From Pecten maximus (lineage: Eukaryota): a stretch of DNA of 64,000 bases. Shown here piece by piece: positions 40,701 to 52,700 of this stretch. The stretch spans positions 20,398,001 to 20,462,000 of the forward strand of contig NC_047026.1 of the NCBI RefSeq assembly GCF_902652985.1. Reading direction: 5' to 3'. The number at the start of each line of letters is the position of its first letter. Within the stretch, counting starts at the first letter, position 1. Both the position numbers and the translations under genes were made by a program. A model generated the notes under the pieces. The model saw only the letters and a list, made by a program, of their open reading frames with translations. It ran no database searches and was not told where the DNA came from.

Positions 40701-43700
40701 TTGTATCAGAAAACTAACAGGAAATATTTAATTTGTAACTGAATTGGTTGTAATGAATTATCAATGTGTATGGATGGAATATCTGGATTCTGTTTAATAT
40801 GTGTGGATGGAATATCCAGATTCTGTTCAATATGTGTAGATGTAATAACAGGACATCATTTAGTATATGTACAGTCAAAAATGTCATTTGACCTTTCAAG
40901 GCAGGAAATGAAAAAAAAATTCACATATGACATGTGCCCTCTTTATCAAGGTTTAGGTAACCTGTATTACTTACATTAGGAGGGGGAAATATGGTCACAT
41001 ATAAATGGAGAAGCTTAATTCAGGTGGTTACTAAGGCAGGTTTGACTGTATATGGAGTTTCAGGATTACTCGAGACATTGTATATATTTTCTATAGAATA
41101 TATACATTGTATTAAGATATTTTGAAAGTTATTCTGTTGATGATTCTTATATAACAAATGTATAAGGCACCAAGGATGCTTACCTCCATTGCCTGTCAAA
41201 GGCTTCAGATGTTCCGAATGGAACACTTGTAACAGATTCTTGGATAGCAATAGCTCGTCCATTGGGTAGGGTCAAGTCATTGGCAGTCATACCATCATAA
41301 ACACCACATAAACCTTTAAACAGAAGATAACTTTCATAAATGTAAATTATATTTTAGAATTATAACTATCTTACATTGAACCTAACATTCAATTACAGTA
41401 CATAACATTCAATTACTGTACATAACATTCAATTAAAGTACATACCATTCAATTACTATACATAACATTCAATTACTGTACATAAACTTCAATTACTGTA
41501 CATAAACTTCAATTACAGTACAACATTCAATTACAGTACAACATTCAATTACTGTACATAATATTCAATTATTGTACATAACATTCAATTCTCCATTACG
41601 AGGCTGACTGGAGACTCTCTATAAGAGTTTTGGGACTTAATGCTGGCAGGAGACTCTGTATAAGGGTTATGGAACACGAGGCTGACAGGAGACTCTCTAT
41701 AAGGATTTTGGGACTTAATTAATGCTGACAGGAGACTCTCTATAAGGATTTTGGGACTTAATGCTGGCAGGAGACTCTCTATAAGGTTTTTGGGACTTAA
41801 TGCTGGCAGGAGACTCTATACGCGGCTGACAGTTAAGTCTTTTTAAGGGTTGATGCATAAAGCTTGAAGAGTTTCCTGGCATCAGGTTTGATGTAGGATT
41901 TTTAATAGTTATGGGGATCGATGAAGCCTATTGATGATGGTATGGGGCTGGATTGTGACTACTTTTAACAATTATTTGCAAGGTTGATGATAGTATTAAA
42001 CATGATGATATATGTATGGGTGCATAGAACATAAGCCATACCTTCAGTGTGACCCATGTCAAATGGTGACGCATGGACGAGGACTTCTAGAGATGTCGTT
42101 CTGTCACGAATGGTCACCGAAGTACCGGACGGGAATCTCACCTGTGGAAATATGTAGTGTAAATCAAAACTTGACTCTTATTACCTATCACATTATACCA
42201 TCAGTTCTGTTGATGTCAAAAAGTCATTATCTTTCTCTTAATCATTTCTTTCAACTGCATAATCTACTCATAAATCACCTAAGTGGAAATGACTTTTAAA
42301 ACACTTGTTCTGACAAAATCTGATATAGGCATAATTTTATACAGGGGGAAATATTTCCAAAATACTGAGAACAGTGACTGTATCAATAATACTGAAAACT
42401 TGAGTACTCTCCCTTATTTTGTCTATATCAACTTGTACTTCACAAGAAAAATCTCCATCGATTAAATTGACCTCAATAATCCTGACTTAATAGATTTTGT
42501 GCTTCTATTTAGGGAACTTTCTTATTGAAATGCTTAGAATGCATCACAATGGTCTTACTATATGAATTTGTCTCCCATGAATTAATGGTGTTACCGTGAA
42601 TTTGTCTCCCATGAATTAATGGTCTTACTATATGAATTTGTCTCCCATGAATTAATGGTCTTACTATATGAATTTGTCTCCCATGAATTAATGGACTTAC
42701 TGTGAATTTGTCTCCCATGAATTAATGGTCTTACTATATGAATTTGTCTCCCATGAATTAATGGACTTACTGTGAATTTGTCTCCCATTAATTAATGGAC
42801 TTACCGTGACTTTGTCTCCCATGAATTAATGGACTTACTGTGAATTTGTCTCCCATGAATTAATGGTCTTACCGTGTATTTGTCTCCCATGAATTAATGG
42901 TTTTACCGTGACTTTGTCTCCCATGAATTAATGGTTTTACCATGAATTTGTCTCCCATGAATTAATGGACTTACTGTGAATTTGTCTCCCATGAATTAAT
43001 GGTCTTACTATATGAATTTGTCTCCCATGAATTAATGGACTTACTGTGAATTTGTCTCCCATGAATTAATGGACTTACTGTGAATTTGTCTCCCATGAAT
43101 TAATGGACTTACCGTGACTTTGTCTCCCATGAATTAATGGACTTACTGTGAATTTGTCTCCAATGAATTAATGGTCTTACCGTGAATTTGTCTCCCATGA
43201 ATTAATGGACTTACTGTGAATTTGTCTCCCATGAATTAATGGTCTTACTATATGAATTTGTCTCCCATGAATTAATGGACTAACTGTGAATTTGTCTCCC
43301 ATGAATTAATGGACTTACTGTGAATTTGTCTCCCATGAATTAATGGTCTTACCGTGTATTTGTCTCCCATGAATTAATGGTTTTACCGTGACTTTGTCTC
43401 CCATGAATTAATGGTTTTACCATGAATTTGTCTCCCATGAATTAACGGACTTACTGTGAATTTGTCTCCCATGAATTAATGGTCTTACCGTGTATTTGTC
43501 TCCCATGAATTAATGGTTTTACCATGAATTTGTCTCCCATGAATTAATGGTCTTACTATATGAATTTGTCTCCCATGAATTAATGGACTTACTGTGAATT
43601 TGTCTCCCATGAATTAATGGTTTTACCGTGACTTTGTCTCCCATGAATTAATGGACTTACCATGAATTTGTCTCCCATGAATTAATGGACTTACCGTGTA

Positions 43701-46700
43701 TTTGTCTCCCATGAATTAATGGTCTTACCGTGACTGTCTCCCATGAATTAATGGACTTACTGTGAATTTGTCTCCCATGAATTAATGGTCTTACCGTGAA
43801 TTCGTCTCCCATGAATTAATGGTGTTACCGTGTATTTGTCTCCCATGAATTAATGGTCTTACCATGAATTTGTCTCCCATGAAGTAATGTTCTAACTGTG
43901 TATTTGTCTCCCATGAATTAATGGTTTTACCATGAATTTGTCTCCCATGAAGTAATGGTCTTACCGTGTATTTGTTTCCCCTGAAGTAAACTTCTGTATC
44001 AGTATGTAAAGTTCCTGTTTGGTACAGCTGCTGAGTGTTAGCGTAATTTCCATTTTTATCTCGGCAGCGGTCAAGGATGAATACATCATCCTCAGATGTG
44101 ACAACCACTGCACATGTTTCTGTTCCAAACTTATTCAGACTCCTCTGCTTCATCACATATACCTACAAAATACCAAAGATTCATGTATTTAAAGATGATA
44201 TTTACATACATAATATGCAACTCAAATCAGAAACTAAAAAAGCTAGGAGAACCAACACTACTATCACTTCAAATAGCGATAATCTTCTCAGATGGATACC
44301 TGGTGGTATTCAATAGAGATTCTTACTATGTGGTTAACATAATAGAAATAATGGCTTCTGAATATCTAAGAGTGGTCATCTTTTTTATTGTGGTCTAGAC
44401 ATCGTTGACATGTTTCAGCCACTAGGCGGCCATCATCAGGACAAGTTTTACAAATTCTATACTCGATTTGCAAATTTATTTGATTTTGAGAATTTCAACA
44501 TATCAAAATGAATATCAAATATGAATTGTGTGGTAAACAGATCCTACACTCATGGCCGAGTTACAATGAATTTATTGAAGACATTAAATTGTATATGACA
44601 TAGCCACTTGCAAGATCCTCAGTGTATAAACCAGACTTAACGGTACATTAGCATACCTTCTGAGGCAATGAGCTGTGCTTGTACATTAAAAACAACCCTT
44701 GGAAGTAGTTTCCGTGGCTTCTGCAAATGAAAAAGAATTCAATATATCACTCACGGATAACCAGTAATAAAAAATTCAAACAATAAAAAAAGTGTTTTTG
44801 TGCATTTTCATTCTTTAAACAATTCATGATCAAATGTTTACTTAAAGTATGTTAATCATTTTTACCAATTGTTGACATCACCAATAACTAATTTGATGGA
44901 CATGATTATATTTGAACAGAACTAAAAAATACGTACAATCCATCAAATGATCGCACAGAATCCCCTGAGACCATACATGCACTGTACTGGTCGTTGTTGG
45001 AGACAACAATCTGTAAAAGAAAATCAAAAGTTAAGCTTTAGGGTGACCTAAATACATTACTTTTCTTGGTATAACTTATCATCAAGAACAAGCATGCTGG
45101 GTATTACTTGTCCCCTACCAGCCGCCACTAAAATAGTAAGTGACCTTGACCCAAAATATCCAAAACTAGAACTTCTTCAAGATATTATGGTCCTTTATCA
45201 CTGTGTGAAGACCAAAATCCCTCAAGGAATGATGCCACGAGATCTGACAAACTCTGGCTTTATGTACGTACAAAACAGATGAAGAGGAAACATGTCGTCA
45301 TTCCCCCATCTTTAATACATTATATAATTTTAAATATCTATTTCCTTGCAGAAAAGTTTGTGGTTTTGGCGGGTTTTTTTGCTTTTGTTTTTTTATTGCG
45401 GATGTTTTGCATGTCAGCATTTTGAGAAACAGCTAAAGAATATGTTCCTTTACTTGATCAGCCCTACATTATCAGCCTACCTGGTATTCTGCAATCTGCG
45501 CTTGTTTGACAACCACTCCGTTCACAAACTTGGATGCAGTCAATTTAGCTGTGACATAGTGTGTGCCATCCTGAATAAGGTCAGCGATGGGAATGATGGG
45601 CACCACTTGAGGGGCTTGATAGTTGGCATCTGTGAAGGTCATACTACAGCTGGTGCTAGTAGCGTCTTCAGCCTGGGCCACCAACACTTGGGGAATGGCA
45701 GTATTATCAGCACATCTGGACAGCCGCACACAAAATCAATGTTAAAAGGAATATTCCAAAATCAACACTGAACTACCTTTTACAAGCAAAATACATGGCA
45801 GCACTATATATGCCAACTGAGCTGCAGTTCGGACATTGTATCTAAGGACTATTCCATTAAAATATCTACCAAACCCAAGGACACAATAAATCACTTCTAT
45901 CCATGGTTGGATTGCCTTCCTATTACTTCTATGTAATTTATTAACTTAATTCTATAAGTGGTATCCCTTAACCAAACCTGAAGTCCTGGGTTGGGGTAGA
46001 AGTTTTTTCTGGAAAAGCCCAAAGCCCACTATTGTTTGCTATCAAATCACTTTTCAAAGTCTCTGAAGTTTGAATTATTATTTTACTATATGGCTATCAT
46101 AAAAGTAATAGAAAATAAATTGCATAAAGTATGCATCGGTACATGGTCTAGCTTGAGGGCACAATGGTAAGACTACAGAATTTTTTAACAATTCCTGAGA
46201 ATTAAAAGTAGAAGAGATACACATTTAATAGACATTCGTCCAGTCTATTCAAATATATTTCCATCTTATTCAATCATACTAGGCCCTTACTTGCAAAACA
46301 TGCAGGAAACGGGTAAGTTATCTCAACAATGAAAATAGAAGAAGATTTATGACTGTTGTGTGGTCACATCTGATTGTGTGGCATACATATTAATGTTTAA
46401 TGCATCACTACATCCATCTAAAACTGTTAATCAAGATATTTGACTAAGAGTTATTACGATAAATTGAAAATAGGCTGTTGTATAGTTCTATACAATATCA
46501 AAAGATACCTACTCTTTTCTATTACCAGTTTCAAAAAAGTTTTAGCTTCATTTTTCTTTTAAATTGATTACACCCCTCTGGTATTTGGTACACAGCTTTA
46601 TGTCTAATAAGCGATCATTATTAGGACACTTATTGCTATTCAATTGCTGGTGTGAATTAAACACATTTCTATACCGTGGGTGCCGTTTTAACATATTGGT

Positions 46701-49700
46701 GATGAGCAGTGGTGTAGCTGATACTATAGAGACTCACTTAGCAGTAGAGCTAGCATCTTCTGATAATGTCACTTGGACCTTGATGTAGCAGTCTGCTCCG
46801 CAGTTTGGTGCTTCATTCATCATCACCCAGAGGTTTGTCGTATTCATGCTTCCTTCCTCTACTCTGATTGGACGGCTTTGGTCAGTCACCTGAAATGTTT
46901 TAAATAAACATATTTCTCCACTTCTTGTAGAAACTTCATACACAGTACAATCTATGAACTAATCTCACACACTCTACAGAGTTTTTTAAATTCAGTAAAT
47001 CTGATTTTAAAATACTTAATAGTTGAATACTGTACTGTTATTTTTGTCCCGATAGCTTCTAATCATTATACTTTTATAGTCAAGTAATACTTTGATGTCA
47101 TTTATGTTGACGATTGACAAATCCTCAAAATGCAACATTTTTGCAGCATTAACATCTTCGAAGAAATTTTGTTAAATATAGAGAATATTTTCACAAAATA
47201 ACAAAAAAAAAAAAACACTTTGAAGGGATCTTTCATTGAGTGTAATGTTGGTACATCTTTAAAAAAAAAAAAAGGGGGGGGGGGGGGGTGTAATTCTTTA
47301 ATATCTAGGAAAACAGGTCCCTCAGTTGGGGGAATTTTTGCGATCAAAAGGACTACCTAGAATTCTCCTCACACAAATTTCCATGTTTACAGTACCATGT
47401 TTTTGGGTTACCAAAGATACACTACACTGTAAAATGCTTAATCATTTTTCTGATCAACAATATCAGACTGTGTTATACTTGTGATCTTCTTACATTGAAA
47501 CTTGGCATCTTTACACAAGACTGGCCATAGGATCCCTCCATCTTTGCCAGTTCACCAGTCAAGTTAGCCTGGATGAGGACGGAACAACCCTTCAATGCAG
47601 TGGTCATACAACCCTTAACATTCTCATACTCCCTGGAAGAAAGGAACACATCATATTTCAGAGGAACATTGAATTGATTTATCATATTGACAAACTTCAT
47701 TTTTGGAACCAGATCTTCGGTACATTTTAGTCTCTGGACTAATCAAATTAACAATGGTCGGGATCAGATTCATCTGTCTGATATAATTATAATTTGGAAA
47801 GATGATTATAATCTTCAACACAACAGCAAAGTCTGTTGTTTAGGACTTTCTTCCAATAGCCGAACAGTGAAAAGTCATCATGGCTCAACTCATTGGCACT
47901 CTTTGCTTGACAATGGCAATAAATGTCTTCAAAAATTTTCAAATGACTGTTTGTGTTCCAATTGAATAAGTATATGTTTAGTTTTACATCTAATCTCCCT
48001 AGGGGAACTAGGACAGAGTAAGGTTATCTATAATATTTTTATGTTGAACTTACGCGCAGAAGTTGGCCTGGTTAAGGGTCCCCAGGCATTGAACAGCCTC
48101 GTCCACTTTGCAGGAAGATGGTAGCTGGCAGATAGCCTCCCTGGCTTCCCTCTGGAATTCCAACATGGCTTTGAAGTGCTGACCCACTTCATCTGAACAG
48201 CTCGAAGTCAGGGAAGTGATGTTTGACATCAGGTATGGCAAATGACTGAAAATTTCAAAATATGAAATATTTGTAATTAAATTGTTCGTTATTCTATCGG
48301 ATATAATATTGAATCCATACTGCATCATAGATTGAGCAAGAACAGCCAAGTCTTCATTGTCTTCTCGAGCTCAATTCTTATATTGAATCCATCACTGACT
48401 GAGCAGGAACAGCCAAGTCATATTATATATAAGTGAATTAACATTAGCCTAGAATATCAAGCATTACTAATTTGTATGGCCTTCCACCATTTTGTGATGG
48501 GAACCATAAAAATACATGCAGGAAGTTCTAGTAAGAGGAGACATTGATGGCAGAAAATTCAAGAGAGACATAATTTGTACGAACAGTTGTATCATGTATG
48601 ATAACTCTGTTCTATGAAAGCTTAGTAGAAGGTCTCCAGGTAAAGTAAGGAAGGAGATTTGTACATTTCTTTCTTAGCAAAATGGAATTAAATTTACAGG
48701 TGCCACAATGAGCTTTTACCTGCAGAACGCTGCATTGTTGGTTTCCATCACCTGTCCTACAGCAGACATTGTCATCCACAAAGCAGGAAGTACCTGGCAG
48801 GACTCCGCCTCTGTCAATAGTCAACATACTTAAATAATTCACCATGCTTAAAATTTCAGTCAAAGAGCCAGCATAATGAAATATTTCACAAAGTTCATAA
48901 TCTTCTTTCAGTAGTCAACATTAACAAATCCGGCTGGGTAATTAATCCTCCAATATCTGCATAATTAATCCTACAATGGCTGCATAATTAATCCTACAAC
49001 AGCTGCATAATTAATGCTACGACTCCATAACATACCTTACAAATTTCAGAGTTTACAATCAATGAATAATGGTGTTTGAGTGACAATTGTAGGAAATTAT
49101 AGCTTCAAAATATCATTTGTCTTCTAGGTTTTTAAGAATGGTGATTACAAATGGATCTTCTTAAAATTTTGTGCCTTGACTAAACTTACCATTCAAGAAA
49201 ACGCAGGTTGTATCTTCCCGACACATGACCTTAGAGATTTCGTACACCTGCCACATGTTTTGTCCTACAAAGGTTGCCTGTGCAGTTGACAGGTAACCCC
49301 AACTTTCTGCATGCATTTCAGCACCCATGCACTCAAATGATTCACGAATAGCTGCACATTGTAGAACCTGGTCACAAAAATTGTTTCAATGAAAACATGG
49401 TCACAAAAATAAAAGCAGCATAAAATCACTAGGTCCATCCTTATTTCATAATAAAGGCACATTTTTTTTATTTTAAGATTTTTATTTCTTTATTTACTTA
49501 TTTTTCAATTTTAAGTTCTTGATAAGGAGACTTTTACAAATGTAGCAAAAGGGGCCTTTATTTCCATAAGGAATCATCTTTGTTAATGATGAAAAAGTGA
49601 ATGGCAAGCGAGAGCACAGGCAAATTACTCTTAGTCAAACCAATCAAACCGTCTGGACCATGTTCAACAAGCATATACTAGGTATTGCTAAAGCAATACA

Positions 49701-52700
49701 TGTCCCCTACTGACCCCCACTAAATACAATGACCTTGACCTTGATTCAAAAATTCTGAAACTCGAACTTGTCCAAGACATTATGGTTTTACATCATTGTG
49801 TGAAGTTTTATCAAAATCCCTCAAGGATTGGAGCTATAGCTCACTGAAAATCTTTGGTGTTACACACGTACAGGATGGACTGAGAGGATAGCCAAACTCC
49901 CCTGATTCACTGGTAGGATGCTAAGAACCATGGATCCCAATTCATTGATACAAACTACAAATAAGCACATATTTACAACTCTGTACACACTAAGAAAAAT
50001 TAATCTGCCGACACTTTAATTTACCTTGGCCTTGGCGTGGTTGGTTTGGTAGTCCTCGTTCATGCCTCCAGTTATCATATTCCACATGTAGGTCATACCA
50101 TCCATGAGATAATTATCGGCAGCTGTCCCCATATCCATATTTGGCATCATTGACGAGTTGGCATTACCTGATAGTGCATCCCTAATTTCACTGGACATAT
50201 TCGCTAAATTCATCTCGACCCTCCTGTTGATTTCTGATAGTCCAACCATGTATGGGTGGTCCATGAAATGACTGGTCACTTCGCTGGCGATCTTGCCTCG
50301 GATGCGTGCCATATGAGCCATCATCACATCTCCAGTGATTACACCGATGGTGTTGTAAAAGAACTTCTGAATGCAGACTGCAAGGTCACCTTCACAAACA
50401 AGATGTCGGTTTGGTGTTGCATGTTTGACAGCCTCCATCATTGTTGTCTTTCCGAACACAGAGCAGTGCTGTAGCTTTTCCTTCAGACAAATTTCAGTCA
50501 TTTCGCGAGCCCTGACAGAAAAAAGAAATCATCATATAGAAAAAGCTACAGGAACTTAAAACATTGTCATATGTAGGAAAACATCAGCAATTTCAGTCGT
50601 CTTGCAAACTCTGAAACCAGATAGACAGCGTCATATACCCAAAAACTATGGAAATTTCTTTAATAATATAACATTAAACTACAAATAACTACTTTGTGTG
50701 TCACTAGTGTTAAGTAATACAAGTTTAAACGAGATTTCTACTCAGTATAGGCTTAGAAAATTTTAACTCCAATGTGAAAAATAATTAATATTTATTTCAT
50801 GATTAAATTCACAACTCACTTATACTCAATAAATTTTACACTGCAGCCAACCGTAGATTACTTACAGACAGATGTGTTGATCCTGCATCTCCTTCATATC
50901 AGAAAAGTAGGTCAAGACATCAATGCAGTGCCTTGCCTCATCCATACGACAGTGTTTCGATTCATAACATGGAACTATGACAACCTGGGGACACAACTCG
51001 TACGTCTTTTTCACAGCCGTCCGCACTACAGCTTCGACAGGTATCATGGTAGAACTATCACACCCACTGGCCATCTTCTCGACACACAGCATGGCTTTAG
51101 TGTACTCCCTGAAAACCAAATGTCACACTGTATTACACTGAAATCACAATGTCATTCTGATGTACTATTTAAATACTGGACTCCATCACACGAGTGTTTT
51201 ACTAAACAAGCACACTGAGTATTGCTAAGGCAATATATGCTCCCTACAGGTACCCGCCAGTTATTACACTGTAATGAATTTTGGAAATAACTTATATTTT
51301 CTAAAAACCAAACTCTCAACTTGTCTGAGATATCATGGTCCTTTGTGTGAAGTTTGATCACAATCCCTCAAGGAATGAAGTTGCTAGAGCACTGACAAGT
51401 GTTATGTACATACAAGACAGAAATTACTTTTCCACACAGTTAGTTTGGTTACTGTGTTGAAATCCAATCTAATATTGGAAAGGTTTTATCAACATTTACA
51501 TTCATTTGTCTCTTGCTGTATCTAATTCTCAATTTGGTTTGAAAGGTGCTGATAGTTTGTGTCTATTTTACAATCCTTTGTAATATATTAATCCAGCAAT
51601 AATCCTCTATTTTACAATCCTTTGTAATATATTAATCCAGCAATAAGCCTATGTCTATGCCTTGTATTAAGTCAAAGTCTATTGCTGTTTAGCCTTTGTA
51701 ATATTAATATTAATCAAGCAATAAGCCTAAGTCTATGCCTTGTATTAAGTCAAAGTCTATTGCTGTTTAGCCTTTGTAATATATTAATGCAGCAATAAGC
51801 CTAAGTCTATGCCTTGTAATAAGTCAAAGTCTATTGCTGTTTAACCTTTGTAATATATTAATCCAGCAATAAGCCTAAGTCTATGCCTTGTAATAAGTCA
51901 AAGTCTATTGCTGTTTAGCCTTTGTAATATATTAATCCAGCAATAAGCCTAAGTCTATGCCTTGTATTAAGTCAAAGTCTACTGCTATTTAGCCTTTGTA
52001 ATAGTAATATTAATTCAGGAATAAGCCTAAGTCTATGCCTTGTATAAAGTCAAAGTCTATTGCTGTTTAGCCTTTGTTATATATTAATGCAGCAATAAGC
52101 CTAAGTCTATGCCTTGTATTAAGTCAAAGTCTATTGCTGTTTAGCCTTTGTAGTATATTAATCCAGCAATAAGCCTAAGTCTATGCCTTGTATTAAGTCA
52201 AAGTCTATTGCTGTTTAGCCTTTGTAATATATTAATGCAGCAATAAGCCTAAGTCTATGCCTTGTAATAAGTCAAAGTCTACTGCTATTTAGCCTTTGTA
52301 ATATTAATATTAATTCAGGAATAAGCCTAAGCCTATGCCTTGTAATAAGTCAACATCTATTGCTGTTTAGTCAATGAATTAATCTAGCAATAAACCTTGG
52401 GTATATTACATGGTACATATCATGGTAAATCTAACAAGGTTCTATGGACTGGTTGAGAAAAGGCAAATGCTTTTGCTCTAATAACTATGATATTGATGCA
52501 GGGCCCTAAAATGGTCAGAGGATTGTATTTTGCCACACATAAGAAAAGATTTATCTTGAGCTGTGTCACTTACTTATGCATACTGTTACAATCCAACATT
52601 GGGCTGTACAGGTGCATCATGACATGGGCCACACATTCGAAGGTAGCGCTGAGGTTACAAACTTTCTGTTCGTCCATCATCTTTTGGTCCATTGGCCTAG

